Of a DNA stretch of 64,000 nt, positions 9,726 through 20,302 are shown piece after piece; position 1 is the first letter of the stretch; each line of letters starts with the position of its first letter. The notes below the pieces were generated by a model. It ran no database searches. It was not told the origin of the DNA and worked only from the letters and a program-made list of their open reading frames with translations. Source of the DNA: a virus. Its lineage: Duplodnaviria > Heunggongvirae > Uroviricota > Caudoviricetes. The DNA lies in the IMG/VR virus record IMGVR_UViG_2700989507_000006. One strand, 5' to 3'. The position numbers were made by a program, and so were the translations under genes.

Positions 9726-12700
9726 ATGGAAAGAAAAAACGCCAACATTGACGATGTGATAAGGACGGTTGAAACCGCCAGCGCAAAAGAGCTGGAAGAG
9801 CTTGCAGGTATTCGGGAAGCTGTTGAAGATTTGAAAGGGGGGCGAGTTGCTACTGTTGATCCTGTCTCTCGCAGCGTGTCGGCATTAAATCGCACAATCG
9901 AAAATTCCCGGCCTGACTTTGTGGCCAAAGCGCCATCCGTAGACCCTATTGTTGACGCAATGAAACGGCTTAATTTAGGGGACGTTTCTCGTGTAGTTCA
10001 GGAAGATGTTGCTCAACAGGAACAGCGGGCCAAATCAACCACACCAAAGGGTAAAAAACGACGCAGGAAGGCTATACCAGAGGATGTAAAGGCACAACGG
10101 ACCGAAGCAGCCGAACACGCTCGCGAAATGTTCGGTCAAAAAGGCGGTGCGCAAAAAAGCCAAAACCAACGCGATGCGCGTGGTCGTTTTATTGGAAAGT
10201 CAGGGAGTAAGGCCGCAGCGGAAGATGCCCGTGCTGAACGAGCAGAAAAGGCCAGGCGAAAAGAGGATGATGAGCGTCTAAATGCTGAATCAGGTTTATT
10301 AAAAAAACTGTCAAAAGTAGCTGAAGGCATAGGTAACCCTTCAGAGACTCGTGCCGTCGATGCGTTAGGTTATGCCGTTGCTGGTCCATTGTGGGCAGCA
10401 GGGAAGGAGCTTGGCGGGATATCAAAAGAAGTTGGTGGATCGCTTAATGGTGCCAGAAAGTCTATTGCCGATGTGATTCGTGGCAATGACGATAACAGCC
10501 GTAGAAAAGGTTTTTTTAGGCGTAAATCGCAAAATAGTGCCGATGTCGTTCAGGTTAACACCCAAAAACGGACGGTTCAGGAACTTCAGGAGCAGACCAG
10601 CGAAATTAAAGAGGGCAATGACAAGATTCTCAGCGCCCTTGATCAGATAGCCAAAAACACCGGGAAAAAGAAGGGCGGCTTGCTGTCCAAACTATTTAGC
10701 CTGTTAGGGAAGGGGGCCGGTGGCGTCGCGTCGTTGTTAATGGGGCGTGGCATGCTGAAAAAAGCTGGAGCACTCGCTTTTGGCGCTCTGGGGGCAAAGA
10801 AACTTGTAGGAATGCTACGCGGTGGTGGCAAGAAGACTCTCGCCCATGAAGGCGGAGATTTGGCTGCCCGGGCAGCAGGTAAACTTGGATTAAAGGCAGT
10901 TGGTAAAGGGGCGTTACGCGCAATTCCACTAGTCGGCACAGTGGCTGGAGGTATTTATGATGCGGTAACCGGTTGGAATGATACAGAAGCGCAACGTCGA
11001 GCGTTTGGGCTTAAATCAGGACAAGATCCATCATTCCAGCAAAAAGCCGCTTATACGTTAGCTAATGTTCTTGATATGGGGGGACTGGTATCTGGTATTA
11101 GCAGCGCCATTGGTGAGGTTCTCAAATCACTTGGATTTGAGGATATCGGCAATATGTTGCAATCATTTTCGACGGAAAGTATTGCCCAGGCCATTGATAG
11201 TGGGATTACCAACTTAGAAACATATATTTCTAACCTTGGCGACACCATTTCTACCAAGTTCGATGATTACACAGCAAAGATTGGTGATGCTGTTTCAGCA
11301 TGGTTTAGCGATACATCTAATAAGCTGCTTGAAAAGCTGGATGCCATCAAAGACTTCTTTACTGTCGATAACCTGAAACAGGTTTTCAGTGATGCAATTG
11401 ATAGTGCAATTGATTTCATTAAGAACCCAGGGAAACACATTAAAGAGGCGGCTGGTAATATTTGGGATGGGGTTAAAAATTTACCAGGTAAAGCATTAGA
11501 TGCAGCGGTTGATGCCGTTAAAAATACCCCTGCGGCGATGATTGTATCAAAAATACCCAATCCGATCGGCGAGGCTAATGCGAAAGAAATCACTCCAGAG
11601 TTAAAAGCTCCGGTTAATAGCCACCAGGAGACGTCTAATTCTAAAACTGAATCCGATGCCAAACAGAGTAATATTGCTACCCGCGTGATAAATGCGGCAC
11701 TGGACACGGCGAAAGATAGCAATAAAACAGTTAAACAAACTGCCAATCAGATTATCAATGCAAATGCCGTAGAAACGGGCAATAGCGCGTTGCAGAAAAT
11801 TGATAAAGCTATTGGTCAAAATAGCTCGTCATCATCGTCGCTTAATACCACTGGCACCAGGAATGACATTCAGAAAGCTGCGGATACCTACAACAATGGC
11901 AACTTGGATGTAAAAGTCGGAAGTCTTGGCGCTGAAGGTAAGGCAAATCTCGATAAGTTGGCTCCGTATTTTGCCGAACTAGAGAATAAATACGGTCTTC
12001 CAGAAGGCACTCTTTACGCGATTGCTGCAACTGAATCTGGTGGTAATCCGTATGCAAAATCCCAAACCGGTGCTCTGGGGATGTTTCAGTTCACGGGGAT
12101 TGCTCGTGAAGAGACTGGCTTAGCTGAAGGTGAATCGTTTGATCCTGTGAAATCGGCAGAAGCTGCGGCTCTTCTCATGAGCAAATATCTGAAGCAAGCC
12201 AATGGAGACTTAAACGAGGCCATCACTGCATATAATGCTGGGTTTGGCACTATCAATAAGTGGAAAAAAGGCACAGGTGACTTATCGAAAGAAAACCGTG
12301 AGTACGCGATCAAGGTCAATACTCATCGTGCTCGCTATTTAGGTGGTGAAATCTATACACCTGGAGCAGGAGCACAGGGTGGGGCGCAATATGGAGTGAG
12401 GGGACCACTGCCTGATAACGCTGTTATCGATCAGTCTACTGGCCTAGCGTTTACCCCTGGTGATAGCCCGTTTGAGAAAGGCGGTCTGGTAGACAAAATT
12501 GGTAATGCTGTTGGCGTTAACGATCTGGTCAACAAATTCATGAATGGCCGGGGTATGCGTCGGGAAGTCGTTCAGGGAACGCTCGAAGAACGTGCACGAG
12601 GGAAGGGGACCGCAACAGCAGCTGGCAATGTGTATGTTGATACCCCGATGCCAGTTGAAGAGGCGCGTCCGGTGGCCAACAACTCAAGTTACTTTGACCA

Positions 12701-13118
12701 GCTCGGCGCACAAATGGGGGTTGATGGACTATTCGATAAACTCCGCAACTCGCCGGGGATGCGGAAAAATAATGCGCCTGAACCAGCCTCCACGTCCCAG
12801 GTGACGACTGCCGCCAACGATTTGCAGCAACCAACCGGTCGTATGCAGATAGACGGGCAGGTTATTAGTGACCTTGGCGGTTCCGGTGCCAAGCCGACAA
12901 TGCAGTTGGCTGATAATACCGTTTCACTTGATGGTGAAACGAAGCGGCTGTTTGCGCAGATGACCTCATTGCTCGCCAGGATTGAAGAGCACACCAAAGA
13001 CTCGGCGAAAGGCCAGGGAACTGTCGTAAAGGTCAGCACGCCTCAGCCGGGCGTTATGCGCACGGTACCACTGTCAATTGATGATCCGTTGATGAATGAC
13101 TACGCGAGAGTTGATTGA
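9726..13118 (+). CDS. sit: Sit-like injected/tape-measure-type protein with soluble lytic transglycosylase domain
   Basis: 1130 aa; internal SLT-type motif ESGGNPYAKSQTGALGMFQF; Gly/Lys-rich low-complexity N-terminal third. Confidence 0.8.
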   Translation: MERKNANIDDVIRTVETASAKELEELAGIREAVEDLKGGRVATVDPVSRSVSALNRTIENSRPDFVAKAPSVDPIVDAMKRLNLGDVSRVVQEDVAQQEQRAKSTTPKGKKRRRKAIPEDVKAQRTEAAEHAREMFGQKGGAQKSQNQRDARGRFIGKSGSKAAAEDARAERAEKARRKEDDERLNAESGLLKKLSKVAEGIGNPSETRAVDALGYAVAGPLWAAGKELGGISKEVGGSLNGARKSIADVIRGNDDNSRRKGFFRRKSQNSADVVQVNTQKRTVQELQEQTSEIKEGNDKILSALDQIAKNTGKKKGGLLSKLFSLLGKGAGGVASLLMGRGMLKKAGALAFGALGAKKLVGMLRGGGKKTLAHEGGDLAARAAGKLGLKAVGKGALRAIPLVGTVAGGIYDAVTGWNDTEAQRRAFGLKSGQDPSFQQKAAYTLANVLDMGGLVSGISSAIGEVLKSLGFEDIGNMLQSFSTESIAQAIDSGITNLETYISNLGDTISTKFDDYTAKIGDAVSAWFSDTSNKLLEKLDAIKDFFTVDNLKQVFSDAIDSAIDFIKNPGKHIKEAAGNIWDGVKNLPGKALDAAVDAVKNTPAAMIVSKIPNPIGEANAKEITPELKAPVNSHQETSNSKTESDAKQSNIATRVINAALDTAKDSNKTVKQTANQIINANAVETGNSALQKIDKAIGQNSSSSSSLNTTGTRNDIQKAADTYNNGNLDVKVGSLGAEGKANLDKLAPYFAELENKYGLPEGTLYAIAATESGGNPYAKSQTGALGMFQFTGIAREETGLAEGESFDPVKSAEAAALLMSKYLKQANGDLNEAITAYNAGFGTINKWKKGTGDLSKENREYAIKVNTHRARYLGGEIYTPGAGAQGGAQYGVRGPLPDNAVIDQSTGLAFTPGDSPFEKGGLVDKIGNAVGVNDLVNKFMNGRGMRREVVQGTLEERARGKGTATAAGNVYVDTPMPVEEARPVANNSSYFDQLGAQMGVDGLFDKLRNSPGMRKNNAPEPASTSQVTTAANDLQQPTGRMQIDGQVISDLGGSGAKPTMQLADNTVSLDGETKRLFAQMTSLLARIEEHTKDSAKGQGTVVKVSTPQPGVMRTVPLSIDDPLMNDYARVD

Positions 13119-13474
13119 TGGCCAACAATAACGAAATTGATCCTTTGCTGACGCTGGAGTTATCCGGCGTAAAAACGTATGAGTCCCAGGAGGAGGCCTG
13201 GGGCGCTCGTTTATATGAGTGGCTAAACACTTATCAGGGTGAGGTATACGGAGATCCGTCATGGGGCAATGTTTTACCGCAGTTTAAACACGAACCGACC
13301 AACTTGTCGCATGTTCAAATTGCGGTTGAGGCAATGCTGTTGCAAAAACTGACGGTAGATTTACCTGACATACCGATTTCTGGCTTGTCTGTAGCCGAGG
13401 GAGATGCTTTTGATAAGTTGAAAATATCCATTCGTATCAGGGATATAACTATCACACAGGAAGTGGTGCTATGA
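13115..13474 (+). CDS. putative baseplate assembly protein
   Basis: 119-aa ORF overlapping the sit stop by 4 bp. Confidence 0.45.
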   Translation: MMANNNEIDPLLTLELSGVKTYESQEEAWGARLYEWLNTYQGEVYGDPSWGNVLPQFKHEPTNLSHVQIAVEAMLLQKLTVDLPDIPISGLSVAEGDAFDKLKISIRIRDITITQEVVL

Positions 13475-14904
13475 GTAAAACAACACCGACTAAAGACAGT
13501 ATTCGTGCAGAGTTTGAAGAGCTTGTCGAGAAAGATTCATTCTGGTCGAAGTTTGTCGGCTCTCAATTTGTCTCGATGCTGACATTGTTTATTACCCAGA
13601 TTGTCTACAGGTGCTTTCAGTATGCCGATGCGGCGCTGGCTGAAGGCTTTATATCGACCGCGACGCGGCGTTCCTCTATCCTGGCAGCGGCAGAAACGAA
13701 TAGTTACGTTGGTACCAAGCCAACACCGTCATCGGGGATGATTGAGATCACCGCCACAAGTGAAGATGCCCCAGCGGTAATTCCCAAAAACATGCCTTTA
13801 ATATCTGACGACCAGTACCCTTACATGACTATGGATGTATGCAGGTTGGTTGACGGCACCGGTACGGTAGAAGTGGCACAGTTGGAAATCCAGGAGGTGA
13901 CATATACCGTTACGGCTGCCAAAGAATTTCTGGAAGTCGTGTTATCAAAGGCTCTCACTGCTGTCTGCTATAAGCTGGAAGTATTCGTGACGACCGATGG
14001 TAAGACCACGCAGTGGTCTTCCAGCACAATGTTCCGGTTAGCTGGTAGTAAAAGCCAGGTCTACGTTGAGTTTTATAAACCATCCGAACAGTTGGGGGTC
14101 CGATTCGGCGATGGGCTAATTGGGCAAATACCGCCAGAAGGCTCGACAATTACGCTTAAGGTATGGTGCACCAACGGCGATATAACCCTGGTTGCTGGCC
14201 AAAACCTGACTCCTGTTGATTCTGCGGCTAATTTAGCTAATTTGATTTCAGTTAAGACAACGACACCTATAACCGCAGGTACCGATGCTGAAACAACGGA
14301 GATCACACGTAACCGTGCACAATATTACCTTGCCTATGATGATCAGGTCGTATGGGGCGGGGACTATACGTATTTTCTGGTTCGTAACATCCCGGGGCTG
14401 TCCTGGGTAAAGGCATGGGGCGAAGGCCAGCAAGAGAAATTAGATGGTGCTTATAATGTTCAGAATATCAATAAGATATTTATTTCAGGATGGCATCCAA
14501 ATAAAAGCCAGTCAGAGCTTGAAGAAATGATCCTGACTGCCTTTAAGAAGGTACCGAATGAACTGAACAAGAAATTCTCTTATAAAGAGGTCAGAAAACT
14601 ACCATTTAAGATAACCATCACCGGACGGATATCGGCAAGCCTGACCATTGAGAATGTGACCGATGAGCTGAAGTCGGCACTGGAAACAAAATTTGGGCGC
14701 GACTCAACTTTCTTTGATCCGAACCGCGTCGGAAAGTACATCCTGATTAAGAAAAAAGACGTTTGGGCGTTTATCGAAACGCTGGGTTATTTCCGCGACT
14801 TTTATCTGGAATTTGTCGAGTGGAATGAGTCCAACGGCTTTTACGATTTCGTTTATCTGGATACAGAAAACTCCACCTTTAATATTTCGTATGAGGAGGA
14901 GTGA
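13471..14904 (+). CDS. putative baseplate protein
   Basis: 477-aa ORF overlapping the upstream gene by 4 bp. Confidence 0.5.
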   Translation: MSKTTPTKDSIRAEFEELVEKDSFWSKFVGSQFVSMLTLFITQIVYRCFQYADAALAEGFISTATRRSSILAAAETNSYVGTKPTPSSGMIEITATSEDAPAVIPKNMPLISDDQYPYMTMDVCRLVDGTGTVEVAQLEIQEVTYTVTAAKEFLEVVLSKALTAVCYKLEVFVTTDGKTTQWSSSTMFRLAGSKSQVYVEFYKPSEQLGVRFGDGLIGQIPPEGSTITLKVWCTNGDITLVAGQNLTPVDSAANLANLISVKTTTPITAGTDAETTEITRNRAQYYLAYDDQVVWGGDYTYFLVRNIPGLSWVKAWGEGQQEKLDGAYNVQNINKIFISGWHPNKSQSELEEMILTAFKKVPNELNKKFSYKEVRKLPFKITITGRISASLTIENVTDELKSALETKFGRDSTFFDPNRVGKYILIKKKDVWAFIETLGYFRDFYLEFVEWNESNGFYDFVYLDTENSTFNISYEEE

Positions 14905-15740
14905 TGCAGCGTTCCTGGTTTAATAACCGGCTTACATCAGCTAAGCAAAAGTCATTGCTCTATAAATCATTGGCTGATTTGGTTCAGTCAATGATGGACA
15001 CCTTTGTTGACCCATGGTTGGAGCGAATTACCAACCGGAAGTCTATTTTCTCCATGAGCAAGGAGGATCTGGAGACCAGGACAAATGAACTTGGCCAGTT
15101 CTTTACTATCAGAACCTCGAACTCATCTTCCGTTCCGATGTTGTTACAACAGCGGCTTGATGAGATCCACTTTAAGGGAACTGAACGTCCTATAAACCAG
15201 ACAATTTACCGCGAATTTAACGGTATTTCTGTTTTATGGGATCCGATATATGCACCGGTGGACCTTGAGCGTCATCCCTATGGCACAGTTCTAATACCAG
15301 AAAGCACACTGGAGACTACCGGCGGCACATTCGGCGAGATGTTTCTGACTTCCAGAGGGATGATCAGTATTCCCATAAACAACCTGGCCCGGACAATGGG
15401 GATTACTGGCACGATAGATCAGTCCGCAATTACGGAAGAAATTCTCAGAAAGTTTAATCAGTTCGTAAAGCCTCTACTGCCACTGCATATAGTGTTTGAT
15501 GGGCTTACGCTCTATTTGTCGGTTGTTGTAAATGAACAGGCCGACATGATCACTTTGAACGAGATTTCTGATACCGAAAAAGCATTCTGCTGGTTTGAAA
15601 CTTCGGATACAACTTCGCTTACTGGAGTTACGTCGATTAGCGCCCCGATCACCGCAACGCCTGGTGGCACTATTGTGAAAGCGACACCTACGTTTGATCG
15701 CACACGCGCAGATGATTTGTTGCTGGATAGCGACGCCTGA
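14901..15740 (+). CDS. putative baseplate/tail protein
   Basis: 279-aa ORF overlapping the upstream gene by 4 bp; followed by a hairpin and promoter-like region. Confidence 0.45.
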   Translation: MMQRSWFNNRLTSAKQKSLLYKSLADLVQSMMDTFVDPWLERITNRKSIFSMSKEDLETRTNELGQFFTIRTSNSSSVPMLLQQRLDEIHFKGTERPINQTIYREFNGISVLWDPIYAPVDLERHPYGTVLIPESTLETTGGTFGEMFLTSRGMISIPINNLARTMGITGTIDQSAITEEILRKFNQFVKPLLPLHIVFDGLTLYLSVVVNEQADMITLNEISDTEKAFCWFETSDTTSLTGVTSISAPITATPGGTIVKATPTFDRTRADDLLLDSDA

Positions 15741-15818
15741 CAATCACCCCGTCCGCAGGGCGGGGTGACAAGTTACTTCTCTTACAATGAGGCTTCACAA
15801 CATTGATTAGGGAAAATC

Positions 15819-16253
15819 ATGTCTGACGTCTCAACAAACCTCTATAAGAGTCAGTTGTTGGACTATTACTATCAGCGGCGCGCTGAATCGTCCATTAACA
15901 AAGGCTCTCGATTTTTAATCAGCAAGGCCGTTTTCGGTACCAGTTCACTGGTTACTAAGAAAGGAGATGGCACTTATGAGATTGGAGAACTGCCAAAGGC
16001 TTTCGATCTGGCAGAACTGACCAGTCAATTTTGCACCATCAACCTCGTCCCAACCTACTCAGGCGGGATAATTACTGTCCGAATGGACCTTGATCAAAGC
16101 CAGTTGCAGGAAGGGAAAAACTACCCATTCAACACTCTGGTTGTTCTGGATAACGAGAACAAGCCAATCGCCATTATTTGTGTCCAGGAAGACTCGCTGT
16201 ATGTGGGCAAAACATATACCGCAGTTATGGCCATAAACACGACAACAGCATAA
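15819..16253 (+). CDS. tail-fibre-associated protein (P1 R-like by position)
   Basis: 144-aa ORF directly upstream of the tail fibre gene. Confidence 0.45.
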   Translation: MSDVSTNLYKSQLLDYYYQRRAESSINKGSRFLISKAVFGTSSLVTKKGDGTYEIGELPKAFDLAELTSQFCTINLVPTYSGGIITVRMDLDQSQLQEGKNYPFNTLVVLDNENKPIAIICVQEDSLYVGKTYTAVMAINTTTA

Positions 16254-16264
16254 GGATATGCTTG

Positions 16265-19207
16265 ATGAATGACGTTACAGTTGTTACATCAGTTACTTAC
16301 CCATCACCCGAGTCGTTGGCTCTGGTGGCTGATGTGCAATACCACGAACCATATCTGTCAGCCGCGCTAAACCGAAAATTCAGGGGGATTGTTGACCCGG
16401 GATTTTATGCCGGTTTCTTACCTAAGCCTGGCGGTGGGATGAACCTGTTAATCACCTCAGTGGATGGTGATAAAACCGCAGGCGCGGCGTCGGTGGATAT
16501 TGGTGAATTCTACCAGGTAACTATTCAGCATCGTAAGGATATTTCTCTTGCACTTAGCGCAGGTAAGAAATATGCAATTGTGCTGAAGGGAAGATATCTC
16601 CTTGGAGAGGATACCTATCAGGTTAATACAGCGTCACATATTCATGCGGCTGAATTTGTTACCAGAACCTATACCGATTCATATCAGTTGGGAGATGGGG
16701 AACTGCTTGTTTGTACGGTGAATATCCCTGCTGGCGTATCTGCCATTACCCAGGAGATGATTGATACATCCGAGCGTATTAACCGCACGATCGGCATTGA
16801 TATTTCAGACTCTGTAACCAGTACCAGAAGTGATGTTGCGGCAAGTTCGCTGGCGGTTAAAAAAGCCTACGATCTGGCAAAAAGCAAGTATACGGCGCAG
16901 GATGCAAGCACAACGCAAAAGGGATTAGTTCAGCTCAGTAGCGAAACTAACAGCGACAGCGAAACAATGGCGGCGACCCCTAAAGCCGTTAAGTCTGTAA
17001 AAGATCTTGCTGATACCAAAGCGCCAATAGAAAGCCCGAGTCTGACAGGAACGCCAACCGCGCCGACGGCAGCGCAAGGTACAAACAGCACGCAGATCGC
17101 AAATACAGCCTTTGTTAAGGAAGCTATAACTGCACTTATCAACGGTGCGCCTGGCACACTGGATACGCTGAAAGAAATAGCGGCTGCGATCAATAACGAC
17201 CCGAATTTCAGCACAACTATCAACAATGCCCTGGCTCTCAAAGCGCCTTTGGCAAGCCCTGCATTAACGGGTGTCCCTACTGCGCCGACCGCCGCACAGG
17301 GCACAAATAATACGCAGATTGCTACGACCGCTTATGTAAGAGCTGCCATATCCGCATTGGTTGGTTCATCACCAGAAGCTCTTGATACCCTGAATGAGCT
17401 TGCCGCAGCACTTGGCAATGACCCGAACTTTGCGACAACAATGACAAATGCGCTGGCAGGCAAACAGCCTCTGGATGCAACTTTAACCGCGCTCGCTGGC
17501 CTTGCGACTGGTGCAAACAAACTGCCTTATTTCACTGGTAAGGATACGGTAGCTCAGACTGATTTAACGTCAGTCGGTCGCGATATTCTGGCTAAAACAA
17601 GCACACTGGCCGTTATCCAATACCTTGGTTTAAGAGAACTCGGTACCAGCGGTGAAAAGATCCCCCTGTTGAGTACGGCTAACACATGGAGTGCACGCCA
17701 GACTTTCAACGGCGGGATCACCGGGGCGCTGACAGGGAACGCCGACACCGCGACGAAATTAAAAACAGCCATAAACATTAATGGCGTCAGATTCGATGGT
17801 TCTACGAACATTTCGATACCAACAATTACGTCTAGAGGACGCGTTACTGCGCTTACCGGTACAACGCAAGGTGCTGCTACTGGATTGCAGATGTATGAGG
17901 CATACAACAATGGCTACCCTTCCCCCTATGGCAATGTGCTTCACCTTAAAGGTGCCACCGCTGCTGGCGAAGGTGAGTTATTCGTTGGCTGGAGTGGCAC
18001 AAATGGCGCTCATGCACCTGCTTTCATTCGATCCAAAAGAGATAGCACTGCTGCGGCATGGTCCGAATGGGCACAGATCTATACGTCAAAAGATTCAGTT
18101 CCCGGCGTCAATGCTAAAGGGAATCAGGACACCTCTGGTAATGCGGCTACAGCGACCAAATTGCAGATAGCACGTACCATTAACGGTGTCTCGTTTGATG
18201 GTTCTAAAAATATTGAGTTAACGGCGGAAGATTTAAATCTTGAGCAAACTGTAGAATTAGCCGCAGGGGCATTACAGAAAAACCAGAACGGCGCAGATAT
18301 TCCAGGAAAAGATACCTTCACAAAAAATATTGGTGCATGTCGCGCTTTTCACGGTGCTATTAGTACAGGGGCAGGGAACTGGACAACGGCACAATTGATT
18401 GAATGGCTGGATTCTCAAGGGGCATTCAATCACCCATACTGGATGTGCAAATGTTCATGGTCATACGGCAATAATAAAATTATAACCGATACTGGCTGTG
18501 GAACTATTCATCTTGCAGGTTGTGTTATTGAGGTTATGGGTAATAAAGGAGCCATGACCATCCGTGTAACCACCCCGAGCACTTCCAGCGGTGGCGGAAC
18601 TACTAATGCACAATTTACTTATATAAACCACGGTGGAGATTATGCGCCAGGCTGGCGGCGTGACTACAGTACCAAAAATCAGCAGCCTGCATTTGCTTTA
18701 GGGCAAACAGGAAGTACTGTCGGAAATGATAAAGCTGTTGGCTGGAACTGGAATAGCGGGGTCTATAACGCAAATATTGGTGGCGCATCGACATTAATCC
18801 TCCACTTCAATATGAATACGGGGAGCAGCCCTGCTGTACAGTTCCGTGTGAATTACAGGAACGGTGGTATTTTTTATCGTTCAGCGCGTGATGGTTACGG
18901 ATTCGAAGCTGACTGGTCAGAATTTTACACCACAACACGCAAGCCATCAGCAGGAGATGTTGGTGCATATACCAAAGCGGAAGCGGACTCCCGTTATGTA
19001 CGTGATATCCGACTTGGTGGCGCATCATCATACAAACCAGCAAATAATGGCACAACATGGACACATCAGGCTCCATCTGGTTGCGCATATACCGGAATAA
19101 TTGTTCAGGATACAGGCTCAAACTCTGCCGATAATATTGGTGGTGTTTATTACAGACCAATTCAAAAAAATATTAATGGCACATGGTATAACGTATCGAG
19201 TATTTGA
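16265..19207 (+). CDS. S: tail fibre protein S (constant N-terminus, invertible variable C-terminus)
   Basis: Start taken at MNDVTVVTSV with RBS aagga (ORF track starts at 16178 in the R overlap); contains tandem tail-fibre repeats and Gly/Asn-rich C-terminal domain; crosses the left crossover site. Confidence 0.8.
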   Translation: MNDVTVVTSVTYPSPESLALVADVQYHEPYLSAALNRKFRGIVDPGFYAGFLPKPGGGMNLLITSVDGDKTAGAASVDIGEFYQVTIQHRKDISLALSAGKKYAIVLKGRYLLGEDTYQVNTASHIHAAEFVTRTYTDSYQLGDGELLVCTVNIPAGVSAITQEMIDTSERINRTIGIDISDSVTSTRSDVAASSLAVKKAYDLAKSKYTAQDASTTQKGLVQLSSETNSDSETMAATPKAVKSVKDLADTKAPIESPSLTGTPTAPTAAQGTNSTQIANTAFVKEAITALINGAPGTLDTLKEIAAAINNDPNFSTTINNALALKAPLASPALTGVPTAPTAAQGTNNTQIATTAYVRAAISALVGSSPEALDTLNELAAALGNDPNFATTMTNALAGKQPLDATLTALAGLATGANKLPYFTGKDTVAQTDLTSVGRDILAKTSTLAVIQYLGLRELGTSGEKIPLLSTANTWSARQTFNGGITGALTGNADTATKLKTAININGVRFDGSTNISIPTITSRGRVTALTGTTQGAATGLQMYEAYNNGYPSPYGNVLHLKGATAAGEGELFVGWSGTNGAHAPAFIRSKRDSTAAAWSEWAQIYTSKDSVPGVNAKGNQDTSGNAATATKLQIARTINGVSFDGSKNIELTAEDLNLEQTVELAAGALQKNQNGADIPGKDTFTKNIGACRAFHGAISTGAGNWTTAQLIEWLDSQGAFNHPYWMCKCSWSYGNNKIITDTGCGTIHLAGCVIEVMGNKGAMTIRVTTPSTSSGGGTTNAQFTYINHGGDYAPGWRRDYSTKNQQPAFALGQTGSTVGNDKAVGWNWNSGVYNANIGGASTLILHFNMNTGSSPAVQFRVNYRNGGIFYRSARDGYGFEADWSEFYTTTRKPSAGDVGAYTKAEADSRYVRDIRLGGASSYKPANNGTTWTHQAPSGCAYTGIIVQDTGSNSADNIGGVYYRPIQKNINGTWYNVSSI
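17029..17470 (+). repeat. tandem in-frame repeat within S (two copies of about 70 codons)
   Basis: Repeated peptide ...SP.LTG.PTAPTAAQGTN.TQIA.TA.V..AI.AL......LDTL.E.AAA..NDPNF.TT..NALA.K.PL. Confidence 0.6.
17613..17638. other. crossover site cixL (26-bp imperfect palindrome, core TT)
   Basis: ttatccaatacc-tt-ggtttaagagaa; the inner half starts the long inverted repeat; resembles gix/hix half-sites. Confidence 0.6.
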
Positions 19208-19209
19208 TT

Positions 19210-19743
19210 ATGATGCATTTAAAAAACATAAAGCCAGGCAATCCAAAAACCGAAGAGCAATATCTTTTAACTAAAAACTCAGGCGTCGTCTGGTTATGGA
19301 CCGAAGATGGTAAGAACTGGTATGAGGAACAAAAGAACTTTCAGGAAGACACCATAAAGATTGCATATGATGAAAATAATGTTATATGCGACGTGCAAAA
19401 GGATGTGACTGCAATTTGCCCGGAGGGAAAAAGTGTCGTTGAGGTTCCTGATATTACAGCAAATCGCCGGGCTGATATTTCTGGTAAATGGATGTTCAAA
19501 GATGGCGTAGTGATAAAGCGAACTTATACCGAGGAAGAGCAGAGGCAACAAGCGGAAAATGAAAAGCAAAGCCTGCTACAGCTCGTCAGGGATAAAACAC
19601 AGCTATGGGACTCACAGCTACGGCTGGGCATCATTTCCGACGAGAATAAACAAAAATTAACCGAGTGGATGCTCTATGCGCAGAAAGTCGAATCCACAGA
19701 CACCTCCCGCCTGCCAGTAACGTTTCCCGAACAACCAGAATGA
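19210..19743 (+). CDS. U: tail fibre assembly protein U
   Basis: Tail-fibre-assembly family signature (HLKNIKPGNPKT...WLWTEDGKNWYEE...KWMFKDGVVIKR); follows S directly. Confidence 0.8.
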   Translation: MMHLKNIKPGNPKTEEQYLLTKNSGVVWLWTEDGKNWYEEQKNFQEDTIKIAYDENNVICDVQKDVTAICPEGKSVVEVPDITANRRADISGKWMFKDGVVIKRTYTEEEQRQQAENEKQSLLQLVRDKTQLWDSQLRLGIISDENKQKLTEWMLYAQKVESTDTSRLPVTFPEQPE

Positions 19744-19746
19744 GAG

Positions 19747-19776
19747 AAGGCCCGATATCGGGCCTTAATTTTTATT
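19747..19776. terminator. bidirectional rho-independent terminator between convergent U and U'
   Basis: aaggcccgatatcgggcctt hairpin flanked by A/T runs on both sides. Confidence 0.55.
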
Positions 19777-20299
19777 CAGGCTTTTGTGGCCATTCAGGCT
19801 TTGCCGTATCCACACGGCTGACCATAACACTGTAGCGTTCCCATGCTTCCAGTCGTGTGCGTTCCTCGTCTGTTGCCATATTCAGCCTGACAGCGCGTTC
19901 CAGCGGCTGAATAACGCTTTCTGCTTCGGAAAGCAATGCGGCCTTTTGTGATTCGGCTTGTTGTTGCTGTTCGTCTGCCGTATAAATCCGCTTAATCACG
20001 GCACCATCCTTAAACATCCATTTACCTGAGTCATCAGCACGTCGGTTGGAGGTAATATCAGGAACCTCGACAACGCTGAAACCTTCAGGGTTAAGCGTTG
20101 AAGCATCTCTGGTGATGCCGACAATTATATTATTCTCGTCGTAAACAATCTTTATCGTGTCTTCCTGAAAATTACTTACTTCCTCATACCAGTTTTTTCC
20201 CTCTTCGGACCATAACCAGATAACATCAAAATTTTTTGTCAGTTGATATTGGGCAACAGTTTTTGGATTACCCGCAGTAATATTTTTTAAATGCTGCAT
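19772..20299 (-). CDS. alternative tail fibre assembly protein U'
   Basis: 175-aa paralogue of U on the opposite strand inside the invertible segment. Confidence 0.75.
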   Translation of the reverse strand: MQHLKNITAGNPKTVAQYQLTKNFDVIWLWSEEGKNWYEEVSNFQEDTIKIVYDENNIIVGITRDASTLNPEGFSVVEVPDITSNRRADDSGKWMFKDGAVIKRIYTADEQQQQAESQKAALLSEAESVIQPLERAVRLNMATDEERTRLEAWERYSVMVSRVDTAKPEWPQKPE

Positions 20300-20302
20300 A
20301 AA

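Noticed and set aside
10136-12319. Multiple short minus-strand ORFs inside sit
   Set aside because: Antisense to a long, well-supported ORF; Pro/Ser/Ala-rich junk-like translations.
16930-18321. Short ORFs on both strands within the tail fibre gene
   Set aside because: Fully contained in the S coding region; typical shadow ORFs of a repeat-rich gene.
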